Made by a program: the position numbers and the translations under genes
Origin: Octopus vulgaris
Taxonomy: Eukaryota
Assembly (NCBI GenBank): GCA_951406725.2
Contig: OX597814.1
Location: 205,716,001-205,780,000 of the forward strand
Direction: 5' to 3'
Length of the DNA: 64,000 nt
The notes under the pieces: model-generated
What the model was told of the DNA's origin: nothing
The model's database searches: none
Seen by the model: the letters and a program-made list of their open reading frames with translations, nothing else
Part shown: one piece after another, positions 26,650-41,300 of the stretch
Layout: every line of letters begins with the position of its first letter
Numbering within the stretch: position 1 is the first letter of the stretch

Positions 26650-27060
26650 GAGAGTCACCTAAACGCACCATTGCACCCTAAAAAGTTGGTTGTCATTGTA
26701 TGGTCGTCCGCGAAGGGAGTTATTCATTATTCATATTTGCAACAAGGGAAAACGGTAACAACATCGTATTGCTAGGAAATTGATTGTATGCGTGAGAATT
26801 TGAAAAAGAAGCAACCCAGGCTAGTGAAGAGAGATGGCCCAATTTTGCTCCACGACATTGCACGTGCTCACTCTCCACAAGCTACGGTCCAAATGTTGCA
26901 AATCTTGAATTATGAGATTTTGCAGCATTCTCTGATATCTCTCCAACTAATCATCACTTATTTAAGCATATTGCCTATTTCATAAACAATAAAACATTCG
27001 TAAATAGAGAAGAGGTGATTGAAGCATTCGGACAGTTTAACACAGCAAAAGATGAAACTC
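26650..27060 (+). mobile_element. mariner (Tc1/mariner) transposase pseudogene fragment
   Basis: HPKK..VWS..GVIHY, PILLHDIARAH and DISPTNHHLF (a DLSPxDYHLF-like motif), with stops and frameshifts. Confidence 0.8.
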
Positions 27061-27119
27061 ATACTGCCGAAGAGAAGAAGAGGGCAGAGCAAGGAACAAG
27101 AAAACCCACAAAGAAACAA

Positions 27120-28860
27120 ATTCTGCGGTCAGGAAGGATATAATCGAAACCTTTTCTGTAGATGAATGGAAACAGTTCTTGGAGTTCTAATATATTCTAG
27201 TTATCTTAGGTTACCCCTCACAGGAAACCACACTGGTCAAGTGACGAATATATGGGTGCACCATTAATCAAAACTGCTATTACAAGAAATCCACTCCAGC
27301 ATCTTTATAGCACCATTCACTTCAGAATAACGAAAATTGGGAGGAGAATAAACATGATAAATGTTATGCAGTTCATTTTCTCTTTAATATGGTTCAGAAT
27401 TCCTTCAAGAGATTCGGAATTTTTGAAATGAGTCTGTCAGTCGATGTAATGATGATCAACTACTATGGGGGCATAATTCACTCAAACAATTTATAAAAGG
27501 GAAACCCATAAGATTTCGTTAAAAATTTTGGGCATTGTGCTGTGTTTCACAATTTTGTTACCACTTTGATCTGTAACATCGATCATCAAAGCATGAAAAT
27601 ATATCTACCATTGGCACCTGTAACGAAACACCATACACTAAAGAATATTACAGCCAAATAAAGAAACTTTGGACCTCAGAACTTTCTACATTCAATGAAC
27701 CAGTGTCCCACAATGTGTTTGCAGTGCCAGTACTAGTCCCAACGTAGACCTCCCCTACCTAAAACGAAAACAAGGTGGCAGAGGCTTAACATCTATCCCA
27801 AATGCCTTTCAATGTCGCATCATATCCCTTCGGCAACATCTTTTACACACCAATTGTCGACGAGCATCCCTTGACCAAGTTTGCACACATGAAGCTAATA
27901 ACATCATAAGACTTGGAAGGCAGAATACATGCTCAAATAAGCCGCACGACTCTACTGCAACTTATCATCAGATGAAAGGATGAGCCTATGTAAGCAGACG
28001 ACCATGCATGGATATGATAGTAGAAAGCTCCGTGATGATAGTAACATCGATCATCAAAGCTGTTTATTATGGACCACCAGCGGGATTACTACCTCCCACT
28101 TTGAAGGGTATGCGTTTGCAATCCAGGAATAGGAAATATCAACCAAGTATCTGATGAACAAAAGGGATGGAGATGTAGGTAAAGCATTCAAATGTGACAA
28201 CCGATGCAGAATTTGTGGAGTTCACACTGAAGATATCACCCACACCTTAAGCAGTTGTCCGAAAATACCATCACCTTAAATGTCACATGACGTTGTAGCT
28301 AGGACACTCTATAAGGAAATCCGTGGTAAGCATAATCCCGAGAAGAATGAAATAAGAATCCACAGTATGGTAGAAGTCATAGCCACACGTAACAAAAAAG
28401 AATACTGATGGAATGTCCCAGTGTAGACCACAAAAAACTGTAATCCCAACAGACCTGAGAGAATGATTTGAGATAGAGAAGAGAAACTGTGTACAGTTGT
28501 GGCAATTAGCTGCCCAGCAGATGTGAACATAAAGCTGAAGATCAATGAAAAACAGTGTATCTATGCTGAACTATTGAGAAATCAGCAGTTTCTCTATTCA
28601 GATTACAAGTTCAGGTTTATACCTGTAATTATTGGGACTCTGGGATGTGTTACACAATGCCTAAATACCTATCTTGAGAAATTAGGGTTCTGAAAACCAG
28701 AGAGGAGAAGGCTAATTTTAAGACTACAGATACGACCCATCACTGGAACTGTAAAAGTCTGTGAAACTTTCCAGAAGTTTATCATTAAATATATATGAGC
28801 ATTTCTAGATATGTAACTATGTGCTTGAGAAAACGTACATAAAACATACAAATCTGCACA
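27120..28860 (+). repeat. Local duplicate of the piggyBac fragment (21560-22015) fused to a duplicate of the LINE (23895-25160)
   Basis: 27120-27575 matches 21560-22015; 27595-28860 matches 23895-25160; ends in (CATA)n. Confidence 0.85.
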
Positions 28861-31079
28861 TACATACATACATACATACATACATACATACATACATACA
28901 TACATACATACATACATACATACATACATACATGCATGCATGCATGCATGTATACATACATACATACATACATACATGAATGTATGCATGCATACATACA
29001 TACATACGTACATACATACATACATACATACATACATGCATGCATGCATTCCTGCATACATACATACCTACATACATACATACATACATACATACATACT
29101 TACGAACTCCAAGCGACACGTCGCGTATTTGATGTGGCAGACTATTCATCGAAAATATGATGATTACTATCTCCAACTCTGAAGCTAAAACTACCAGCCT
29201 TATCACATAACTGGTTAATCTTTAGAAGTATTAACTGAAGGAGCCTTTTATTAAAGATCGTATTGATTTTCGACTGAAACTTAAATTTAGCATGCAGAGA
29301 TTTACTACAAACAACATGGCTGGACACAACATCAACAACAACACAACCAAGGAACAGAACAAAAACAACAGCTCAACAGATAAACAGATTCTTTCTAGCT
29401 GTAGTTAGAGAAGAAACCGTAACCACAAAACTAATTTTTTTCTTGGATTTATGAATTGAGGACAGATTTATTAATTGTTATAGAAGAGCTAAACAAAACC
29501 CTTTTGTTGGATGTTTGGTCAGATTGGAACCATACATGGACGATCTGCAACCACAACTAAATCATTTTACTGCGAAAGTAGCAATAGTAGTCAGGGCTAT
29601 ATGGCGGTGCCCCGACTAAAAAATTTTCAAGAAGAAATAACTTTGATTTCGAAGCACTCTCTCGAAGAGAGAGAATTCTATATCAAAGTAAGCAAAAGAC
29701 TGCCAGACACGGTATTAAAAGTTCACCAAGAAGAAGAGAAGAAGGAGATAGAAGTGATGTTTTGAGATAGCAAAAAGAGGACATTCAATTACGAACTGAC
29801 TACTCTCAAACAGGAGCTAAAAGATGTCAGTGAGAAACCTCGAAATCAGAAGAGAATAACCAACAGAAAAACAGTAAACGAAAAAGAAAAAATTAACCAG
29901 AACCAGGCAGCAGTATACAGAGATATTGAGAGGAGGAGTAGTGAACATCACAGAAACTTCTTCACGAGAAGACATAGACTTCTTCTGGATGAAAAGGTGT
30001 TAAACCACAAAAATAACAATAACAAACAGAAAAGGAAAGGCAACAGCATTTATAGGGATTCCAACCCCAGAGAGAAAAAGAAAACCAGATTGATTCATGC
30101 TTTATCCTCAGACTGACACCTCGTCTCACATTAAACTCATTCAAAGAAAACAAAATGCTAAAAACAACAGCCAAATATCTCTCAAATCCTTCCTTCAATT
30201 CTTAGAAAGGAGATACATTGGTGGACAATGCATGTGAATAGAGAGGGTGGTGGTCAAGGTTAGAATGTCTTGTATCATAGATCTACTCCCGCAACACTGA
30301 CATGTTGCTAAACCAAGAAAATAATAATTCTCTTACCTTTTGCGAGTCTCTCGATTTCAATGATATGCGTACAACAAATACTGGGAAACAAAAAGTAAGC
30401 CAATTTCTTAAAAGCATCAATAATACTTCTCAACCAACAAAACAACCTTTCTCTGTGCTTTCCTGATCAAAACAGAACCCAAGTGGTGGTAGACAGACTG
30501 TATTGTCAGAACTATGCCTGAATAGGGGTAAACTATTTCCTGTGCATGTGAAATATATAAATATATGTGTAAAATTGTAAATCTATATCTGTAAATAATG
30601 CATTAACATCATTCATGCGGATAACCCAGTTTTATACATGCATGCACAGTAACCTGAGAAGCTTTAGTCACCTCTGCACATTTAAATAGGCTTATTACTT
30701 TTAGTAAATTGGATTTTCCAAAATGTTATTTTTAACACTAGAAAACTCAAACAATCTTGTCTGTGTAATCATTTCTCTTGACAGTCATGTCCAAATTCAT
30801 CTTCAGATGCCAAATAAAAATGACAAAGAAGAAGCATGAGAAACGAGCTCAGATTGAAATTTGGTAAAAAAAATGTAGAAATGTGTGAGTAAGACAGCAG
30901 CTGATTGGTCTGTAACTCCATCAACTGTTTCAAGAATTCAGAAAAGAATTGAAGAAGGTTCATAAAGAAGGCTTCACCTACAAGAAGTAGCCGAGAATGT
31001 TCCCTGACATCAAACTCAGCCAACCTAAAGTTAATACATCAGAAATTATGATACTGTTAGTTTAGACAATCTAACTGAA

Positions 31080-31863
31080 ATAGAAGGTTAAGAATAGATT
31101 AGTTAGGTTTTTTTCGTAGAATGAGCGTTCACATTGTTTTTGACGATGAGTTAACTAAGGCTAACTTCTTAGATATTACTCTTAATTTACAAAATAACTC
31201 GTACTTCCCATACACCAAACTTTCCACAAATATCAATTATATTAGTCCTTCCAGTAATCTCGCTAGGGCAATTTATAAGAATTTAGTTAAAAACATTTCA
31301 GTTAGATTGTCTAAACTATTCGCCAATGTTGACATTTTTAACGACAAGGCAGAATTTTTATAACTCTGCTTTAGTTAAAGCAGGATATAAAGAAAAAGTT
31401 ACATACATTGATTCTGCTCAATTTCGTCCTTCATCTACTGTTCAAGACAAGAAATCTAGTTGTAATAATAAGTGTGATTTTAATTCTAATATTGTAAACA
31501 ACACAAAACAATAAAATTCCTGTACGGGGTAAGGGAGGCAAGCGTTATTTAAGGCCATTTTTCCACTCTAGAGGTATTTCACTGTTCTTTAAAGATAATA
31601 CCGCTTACAATTTGAATGTTACTAGGAAAACTGTCTGGTTTGTTATTTCGTATGGAAAACAAATTAAATCTAATCTTCCTTTACAATTCCGTGATGTGGT
31701 TGCTAGGAACTTTCCAAAAAATTATTAATTCTCTTATAGTTAGAGTTGCCTTCTCCAACACAAAAAATCTTTCACAAATTATATCTTCTCATAATACCAG
31801 TCTGCTAAATAAAAGTCCATTTTCTGGGAGTTACAACATTAATTTTATTAATTCCAGCCCCTC
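31080..31863 (+). mobile_element. Degenerate Penelope-like element, left part
   Basis: IVFDDELTKANFLDITLNL, AGYKEKVTYID and VRVAFSNTKNLSQIISSHN match the 9116-11686 protein. Confidence 0.88.
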
Positions 31864-31910
<47 letters not shown>

Positions 31911-32069
31911 GCACCAGCCTTGACAGCGGCTGGACGTGTTCCTCACTGCTCTGACAGTTCGGTGGCCGAAAGCCATAGAAACACTAATATGGGCCAGTTT
32001 AGCAACGGGGAAAAATAACTCTCAAAGACTGGAACATCTACAATACCTCGTGAGTATTTGAAATTCTCT

Positions 32070-32991
32070 TCAAAGTGGGTTAAGAAATTTACAAATTTAC
32101 GTATCTACAGCTTTCAAACATACATCCGATCGGCTTTAAAAACTTTAATACCCACAACTGCCTCTGTAAGCACCCTTTTTTCTTTCTTTCTTTTTTTTTT
32201 TCTTCTCTCTAAAAACATCACGCGTTTCTTTTTTTCTTTCTGTAGACTTGCAAAACCATAAAACTTTCTATGAATATCTGACTTTTCTTTGCTTCCTCCC
32301 AGAATATTCAAATATAAATGTAAACATATACTTTTTATTGCAAAAACACACCTGTTCTTCTAACTGGACATACAAACATCTCTAGAGGGGTCAACTTCAA
32401 CCTCCACAATATTACCTTGCACGAAATATACAAACACTTTTTATTGCAATAACACAAACGCACATGGAAAAAATAATGATGCTAAGATTCTCTCTGGTCG
32501 AACACAGCTTCTCTATTCACAAATAATACAGAACAGCCCTTCAAAATAAGTTAAGAAAATTTACAAATTTACATATCTACAGTTTTCAAACATACATTCG
32601 ACCAGCTTTAAAAACTTTGATACCCACAATTGCCTCTGTAAACATCCTTTTTTTTTCTTCTCTCTAAAAACATCACGCTTTTCTTTTTGTGGACTTTCAA
32701 AACCGTAAAACTTTCTATGAAAATCTGACTTTTCTTTGCTTCCTCCCTGAATATTCAAATATAAACGTAAACATATACTTTTTATTGCAAAAACACACCT
32801 GTTCTTCTAACTGGACATACAAACATTTCTAGAAAAGTCAACTTCAACCTCCACAATATTACCTTACACGAAATATACAAACACTTTTTATTGCAATAAC
32901 ACAAACGCACATGGAAAAAAAAAATGATGATGCTAAGATTCTCTCTGGTCGAACACAACTTCTCTATTCACAAACAATACAGAACAGCCCT
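32070..32991 (+). repeat. Tandem duplication (about 460-470 bp x2) in the Dong 5' UTR
   Basis: 32070-32540 and 32541-32991 both end acagaacagccct. Confidence 0.9.
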
Positions 32992-33541
32992 TCCTTAATT
33001 TTTCTTAAGGCTAATAGTAGTAAACATCTGAACTTTTTTTGACCACACCCAAAAAAAAAAAAAAAAAAAAAGATAGTAATAGTGCTGATATTCTATCTAT
33101 CTATCTACACACACACACACACACACAAACCTCACCTCGGCTCTATTGTTAACCAAATATGAAAGTATTATTTGACAGGCAAGAACTCTGGCATTGAAGA
33201 CAGTCAGCCAGCCAACCACCAAGCCAGCCAACGAGACAGACAGACACTACTGTGATGGTGATAATGATAAAAAAACAAAAATAACAATAATAAGATACTG
33301 CTGTGACTACACATAAAACAATATCATTGATGATGATGGTGGTGATGGTGATGGTGATGATGATAATGATGATGGTAATGGTGGTGATAATGATGATAGT
33401 GATGGTAATGGTGAAGATAATAACAATAATAAGCCGACTACGGCTGCTATAATGGTACGATTATAATTGTAACGGCAATGATGGCCGTCTCCCCACGAGC
33501 CAATCAAAGCTAAAAAATGATAACATTATCGTAGCACCAAA

Positions 33542-36500
33542 ATGTTTTTGGAAACTAAAAGGAAAACTAAATCAGTATACCAAATCGCTTGTCCTATGGT
33601 TAATCTGGAAGCGCGTCCCCCAGGGAAGAGCCAGCCTGGGATCGAAAAGTCATCAACTGGCACAAACTCTTCTCCGAATACGGACATGGATGGTCACTTG
33701 AACGGGAAATCCCCCAACTCGAGCCCTCCAAGTTCACCACCACAACCACCACAGAAAGAAAAATGTAAGCGGAACAAATGGACCCGAGAAGAGTATAAAG
33801 AAGTAATATACGCTTATTACTATGCATTAGGTAGGCCATCTCAAGAGAGACACACCGCAAACTCTTACAGTATATGGAGAACACGGAATCAAGACAGTAG
33901 GCCCTATTTGGACGAGAACAAATTAGCAAATGTGAGGAGGGATATCTTTAGAAATAACAGACTCACAGACAGTGAAATAAGTGCGATCAAGCACGCAACG
34001 GAAAATGACATAAATATAAGACACAAAGGAAATGAAGAATCAGATGAACAGTATAGCCCGCCACGAGGCTTAATTGAAAGACTGCCATCTGACCAAAGTA
34101 CGCAAAGGCCTGAAGATACAAGAAATTCTATTGTACCTGTTAAAGATAGCCAGGAAAACGAAAAAACAACAGTAACTGAAGATCTCGCATTTGCTGAAGA
34201 ACACAGAGAGTCTATGGCAGAAATGAGGCAGAAAATCCTGAATACGCTTGAAGTTGTAAGACATACAAGTATGAATGATAGAGAACCGCTTCATAAACTC
34301 TCAAATACAAACCAAAATAAAAAACAAATCCAAATTGGCAACTATGTAACAAATGAAATAATACGAGAATTAAAACCTGATTTTACTGAGTTAAATGAAA
34401 TTATTTACGCTTCTGCTAGGGCAATTGAAACCAGCTGTATGCCCCCGAAAAAACAAAGAAAACAAAACCTGGGAAGAAATCAAACCTGGAGAAGTAAAAT
34501 TGAAAAAGAGATTGAATTTATGAGAGGGGAAATATCAATATTAAATGAACTAATATGTGGAAATGATGTAAGATCCAGAACAGGAAGAAAGATGAAGAGA
34601 AAATTTGGATCCTCACCAAGAGAAGAACTGATATCAATAAAAGAAACGCTGAAACAAAAAGTCCAAGCAAAAGCCCAAAGAATACGAAGATTTGAGAAGA
34701 GAAACAAGTTTTACAAGCAAAATGAGCTGTTCACATCCAATGCCAAAAAATTCTACAGAGAAATAGGGAAGGAGAAAGTAACCGTTAAAGACCCCCTCCC
34801 ATGGAAGAAGTTCAAAACTTTTGGGAAAGGATTTGGAGTGACAAGAAGACGTACAACATAAATGCAGACTGGATTATACAAACTGAAGGATCCTACCAAA
34901 ATTTACAACAACAAGCATGGGAAGACATCACAATAGCAGACCTAAGAAAGGCACTCACGAAGGCCCATAATTGGAAATCCCCCGGTAAAGATAGGGTACC
35001 GAATTTCTGGCTCTCATCGCTCCCGTGCGCACACGGTAAGCTAGTTCAGCTGCTCAATGGAATTTTGAGAGACCCAAAGAAAACACCTGAATGGTTAGCA
35101 AGTGGCATTACTTACCTACTCCCAAAGAATAACGAAACCAACCTTCCAAAAAACTATCGGCCTATAACCTGTCTATCCACCACGTATAAAATCCTAACAT
35201 CTATCCTGGCGGAGAAAACATATGCATTCATGGAGAAGAACGATATTTTCCCCATTGAACAAAAAGGGTGCCGCCGAGGCTCTTACGGTTGCAAAGATCA
35301 ACTGCTAATCAATCGTATGATCCTTGAGAACTGTCACAACAAGCGCAGAAATCTCAGCACCGCATGGATTGACTATAAAAAGGCCTTCGACAGTATACCG
35401 CATCCATGGATCTTGAGATCGCTGGACATCTTTAAAATTTCCCCTGTGATTTCAAACTTCCTGAAGCACAATATGTCGTTGTGGAATACGAATCTCCAAT
35501 TATACCACTCTAATGGAGTACTTGCCTCAGAAAATATAAACATCAACTGTGGAATTTTTCAAGGTGACTCACTTTCACCTCTAATATTCTGCATAGCCCT
35601 AATACCCCTTACACGTGAATTAAACAGAACAGGGTATGGGTATAAAATTGCCAATAAAAAAATAAGCCATCTATTTTATATGGATGACTTAAAACTTTAT
35701 GGTAAAGACAATAATGAACTTGAAGGCCTATTGCGCACCGTGAAAGCATTCAGCGATGACATCGGGATGGAGTTTGGACTTGAGAAGTGTGCCAAGGCCA
35801 CTTTCCAGAAAGGGAAAGTGAAGACCACAAATTCAGTCGTGTTAGATGTTGACACAGTCATAAGAGAGCTTGAGCAAGAACAGACATACAAATATTTAGG
35901 GATAAATGAAGGCTCTGGTATTCAGCATGCAAGCATGAAAGAGAAAATCAGGAAGGAATGTTATAGGAGAGTTCGTGCAGTCCTGAAATCAAACTAAATG
36001 CACGTAACAAGGTGTTAGCTATAAATTCCTTAGCAGTTCCAGTTGTTACTTATAGCTACAATGTGTTGAACTGGAATATGAGTGAAGTAAAGAATATAGA
36101 TAGAAAAATACGCAAGCTGCTGAGTTGTAATAGGATGCACCACCCAAAGGCAGACGTAGATCGCCTTTACCTTCCCAGAGCCCAAGGAGGTCGAGGCCTG
36201 ATCCAATTTGAACTAGCTTACAAAACAACCACAATTGGACTGGCCAAATATCTCGAAATATCGAATGACTGGATGCTAAAGCTCGTGGAAAATCACGAGA
36301 GACGAAAGAAGCTTCATTCTATCATCAAGGAAAGCAAAAAATTTGCTATTGATCTCGTGCAGGATACCCAAACTGAACAACCCGAGGGAAGTACGGCAAC
36401 TATTGTTGCAAAGAAGGTGAAAATGATGGCAACGAAAAAAGCGCACGAGCAACTGGCTGATAGGTGGGAGGAGAAACCTCTGCACGGCAAAAATGTGACC

Positions 36501-37231
36501 CCCGCAGCAAACAAGCTGATGTTGACCAGAAGCAAACCCATCAGTGGCTGCGGAGCTCAGGGCTAAAAGCAGAGAGCGAAGGTTTCATCCTGGCTGCTCA
36601 AGACCAAAGCCTATTAACCCGGAACTACCAGGCCAATGTGATGAAAAATGGAGCAGACCCAAAATGCCGATTCTGCAACGACATGATTGAAACAGCGGAC
36701 CACCTAATCTCTGGATGTAAAGTCTTAGCACCAGTGGAGTATAAATTAAGACATGACAGAGTTGGCCAATATCTCCACTGGCTAATAAGTCGGCATTACA
36801 ATATCAAAACTGACGACAAGTGGTATAATCACCACCCTGAGGCTGTAACTGAAGGAGAAAATGTAACCATTCTGTGGGACTTTCCAGTACATACAGACCG
36901 AACCATCAAGGCCAATAAACCAGATATTGTTGTGAAAGACCAAAACAATAAAGTTTGCTTATTGATCGACATGAGCATCCCCTGTGATCATAATATCTCG
37001 GTGAAAGAGTTTGACAAGCTCAGAAAATATAAAGACCTACTCATTGAAATTGAGAAAATGTGGCATCTCAAGGCGGTTACAATACCAGTGATCGTAGGAG
37101 CACTAGGAATGATCAAGAAGGGAACCGAAAATTATATGAGAATGATCCCTGGCTTACCATCCCTGCAAGAAGTGCAAAAGATTGTCTTAACTGGTACATC
37201 ACACGTATTGAGAAGAGCATTGTCGATGTGA
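33542..37231 (+). pseudogene. Dong/R4 ORF (N-terminal domain, RT, CCHC knuckle, REL endonuclease), frameshifted near 34795, 35990 and 36500
   Basis: Four consecutive ORFs; KSPGKD, NYRPITCL, YMDD, CRFC..H..C, RHD, KPDIVV..LIDMSIP and KLRKY motifs. Confidence 0.92.
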
Positions 37232-37430
37232 GAACTGTTGCTGCTCATGTATTTTAATTTAACTTTAAAAAAAAAAAAAATGAACGAACTACTGAGTTTG
37301 GTTTAAAGGCCTACCAATATACACTATGAGTTTCTTTGCCCTAGGAGTCGGGAAGACACTCGGCAAGAAATGGAAGAAAATTTGAAAGAAGAAAAAAAAA
37401 AGTAATAATAATAATAATAATAATAATGAT

Positions 37431-37612
37431 AGCAATAAAAACATGGTTTTGGTCTCTGAGGACAACCCCAACAGAATTAAATTTATATCTAATAATTCTA
37501 AGGTCAAGAATTCTATATACCAGTGTAAAATTTCTTGCGGTACTCTGAACTCTTCCATATTCTCTTCTCTAAGAGAATCTCGAAAGTAATAGCATCTGCG
37601 TTCAACTCCATT
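37431..37612 (+). mobile_element. Degenerate Penelope-like element, right part (continuation of 31080-31863)
   Basis: Translates SNKNMVLVSEDNPNRIKFISNNSKVKNSIYQCKI, matching SNKNAVLISETNPNRLRFLSSNSKIRNAIYQCRV; ends at (TA)n. Confidence 0.85.
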
Positions 37613-37689
<77 letters not shown>

Positions 37690-37690
<1 letters not shown>

Positions 37691-38135
37691 ATAATCTAAT
37701 CTAATCTAATCTAATCTAATATAATATAATATAATATAATAATATAATATAATATAGTGTAATATAATGTAATATAATATAATAATATAATATAATATAA
37801 TATAATATAATATAATATAATATAATATAATATAATATAGTATAATATAATATAATATAATATAATAATATAATATAATATAATATAGTATAATATAATG
37901 TAATATAATATAATATAATATAATATAATATAATATAATAATATAATATAATATAATATAATATAATATAGTATAATATAATATAATATAATAATATAAT
38001 ATAATATAATATAATATAATATAATATAGTATAATATAATATAATATAATAATATAATATAATATATTATAATATAATATAATATAATAATATAACATAA
38101 TATAATATAATATAGTATAATATAATGTAATATAA
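37690..38135. repeat. (TAATA)n pentanucleotide satellite
   Basis: Direct reading. Confidence 0.95.
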
Positions 38136-38329
38136 GCCATCTTTCCAAATGTTATCTTCATCGAAACAAGACGGCTTATTCTGTCCCTCTCATAACCTGT
38201 CTCCTTAATGCGTTCAAAATAATTTTTCGTTTCTCATTGTGTTCAACTATTTTTTTGATGTCCTGTACCCATATATGCATGTATACATACATATAGATGT
38301 AGGTATTACATATAACCCATTACCAACTT

Positions 38330-41300
38330 CCCTTACCTCGACATTCCTGTTAAATGTACGTGGCATCAACCCATCAATTATTGCCCAAAAATGGAAGATC
38401 CCATATATAGAGAGTTGGCTTGCCGAAATGGCACATTGCTTCCCTTTCTTTATCCTTACCGAGACTCACCTGAACAACACCCATATGGACGCAGAGGTGA
38501 AAATAAAAGATTTCACCATTGTTCGTGCGGATCGCAGAGACCGAAATAAGGGAGGGACAGCCATCTTTATCCATGACTCCTTTTCACTTGATGCCAAGGA
38601 CACATTTTCCAATGGCTACTGTGAATCGGTATCAGTATACAACAAAGCCAAGGACATAACCATTGTTGGTCTTTACAGGCCTCCCCAGGCACCTCTAAAG
38701 TACTTTGAAGAGTGCCTTAGCAAAGTCAAGTCCTTCCTTCGGAAGTACCACTCCGGAAACATAATAGTGATGGGTGATTTTAACCTCCCTCATGTGAACT
38801 GGCCCACAAATACTCCGAAGTTAGGCAAGTGCTCTACATCAGATAGGGCAGCAGCAGAACTGCTCTTTAATCTGATGGATGAGTATTTCCTGACTCAGCT
38901 AGTGCTTGAACCAACGAGACAGAATAAAACGATCTTGGATCTGGTACTGACCAATCACTCTAGCTACGTTCACAGCATTTCAGTCGAAAAACTCTCCTCT
39001 CAGACCACGACATGGTACTCTGCAATCTTAATTCCCGACGTATAAAAACCAAACCAGCCAATCCCACTCCATGGCACCCATTTGACAACATAAATTTCCA
39101 CAAAGCGGACTGGGGAACAATCAGAAAGGATCTGTCTTCCATCGACTGGTCTTTTACTCTCAATTCCCCTCATATTGAGACCGCGTGGCAGCACTTTGAA
39201 ACCATTGTCACCGACACATGCTCTAAACACGCTCCCAAGAAATCTACTAACACAAACAGAAACCGGCTCCCTAAAAAGAAAAAAACACTCATCAGGCGCA
39301 TCAAAAGACTCAACAAAAAAATCAACCAATTAAAATATTCCCACACGCAACATCCACATTCAACAACAATGAAAAGACTAGAGCTGGAAAAACTTCATCT
39401 GCAGACTAACATGAAAACCTCCATTGAAAATCAAAGAGCTGTGGAGGAACAATGGGTAATCAAAAACATCAAACAGAACCCAAAAGTGTTCTATTCTTAT
39501 GCAAATAAGCATAGAACCACTGTCTCACCTATTGGGCCATTGATTGATGAAAACGGCATTCCCCAACACGATGCTAAAGAAATGGCAGAAATACTGCAGA
39601 AACAATATTGCTCTGTCTTCAGTGTTCCCACTGATATTGATGTGAGGGAAACGAACGAAGCTGACTCCCAACACAAAATCGCAGACATAACCTTCACTGC
39701 CACCGACATCGTAGCCGCAATAAATGAGGTCAAACATTACTCCGCTGTAGGCCCTGATAGATTTCCCGCCAGTCTCCTGAAGGAATGTAGATATCAACTT
39801 GCAGTCCCTCTGACCAACCTCTGGAGAAACTCATTAGACGCAGGTTATATACCGAATAAGTTTCTATCCCAGTCGGTCATCCCGGTTTTCAAACAGGGAA
39901 ACAGATCCCTCGCAGTCAACTATCGCCCAATCTCACTCACCTCCCACATCATTAAAGTGTTTGAAAGAGTGTTAAGATCAAGGATAGCTGACTTCCTGGA
40001 GACCCACAAACTCCTAAATTCAAATCAACATGGCTTTCGCTGTGGCAGGGACTGTCTAACACAGCTCTTACACCACATTGAAGATGTACTCAAAGCCTTG
40101 GGAACAGGTTCGAACTCTGACGTCATATACCTTGACTTCAGTAAAGCGTTCGACAGGGTAGACCATAACATCCTACTCTCAAAATTGGCAAATGTTGGAA
40201 TCCGTGGAAAAGTTCTACACTGGATTCAGTATTTCCTAGCGAATAGAACACAACATGTTGTAGTTGATGGAGTCCACTCAAACCCAGCAAAAGTCACCAG
40301 CGGTGTTCCCCGAACAGGTTCGAACTCTGACGTCATATACCTTGACTTCAGTAAAGCGTTCGACAGGGTAGACCATAACATCCTACTCTCAAAATTGGCA
40401 AATGTTGGAATCCGTGGAAAAGTTCTACACTGGATTCAGTATTTCCTAGCGAATAGAACACAACATGTTGTAGTTGATGGAGTCCACTCAAACCCAGCAA
40501 AAGTCACCAGCGGTGTTCCCCAGGGAACTGTTTTGGGTCCGCTACTCTTCATAATTTATGTAAACGACCTTTCCAGTGTCGTACATCACTGCAAAGTGAA
40601 AATATTCGCTGATGACACTAAGCTCCAGCAAATCGTCAATGAAGAAGCAGACCGAACTCAACTCCAGTCTGACCTATATGCTGTGAGTCAATGGGCAGAC
40701 AGAAACAAAATGCAACTGAATGAGGGAAAATTTGAGCTGATGCATTTTGGAAGAAATTCCTCACTAAAACAACCATACTCTCTTCCTTCAGGGGAACCGC
40801 TCACAGCCTCTAACAATATCAGAGACCTGGGTGTAATTGTTGATGACGATCTCAGTTGGAGTGCACACATCAACAAGAAGGTCGATACAGCTCGTAGGAT
40901 GAGTTCCTGGATCTTAAGAACTTTCCGGTCCAGAGAACAAGGTGTCATCATACCACTTTTTTCATCCTTTGTACGGCCACACCTTGAATACTGCTGCCCA
41001 CTGTGGTCTCCTCACACAAGACAAAACATCTCCAGAATTGAGTCACCCCAGAGGGCTCTCACTAAACAAATTGAAGGCATGGCTGCTCTCGACTATTGGG
41101 ATCGCCTTAAAGCCTTGAAACTTTACTCCCTCCAGCGTCGCCGTGAGCGGTACATCATTTGTACGATGTGGAAAATATACCGCCAACTTTGCCCAAACGA
41201 CCTAAACATTAGCTTCAAGGTTCATCCGAGACTTGGACCACGGGCTATACGTCCCCTGCCAAATTCAAGATCACAACATACATGTACACTGCAACATAAT

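Larger units (their letters stand above)
31911..37402 (+). mobile_element. Near full-length R4/Dong-type LINE inserted in (TAA)n
   Basis: (TAA)n at 31864-31910 and 37403-37430; about 1.6 kb 5' UTR homologous to 48500-49770; single ORF split by three frameshifts. Confidence 0.92.

Noticed and set aside
33430-33520. Possible HDV-like ribozyme just upstream of the Dong ORF
   Set aside because: Only a simple hairpin (shared with about 48560-48600) is supported; no P1.1 or P2 found, and it is not at the element 5' end
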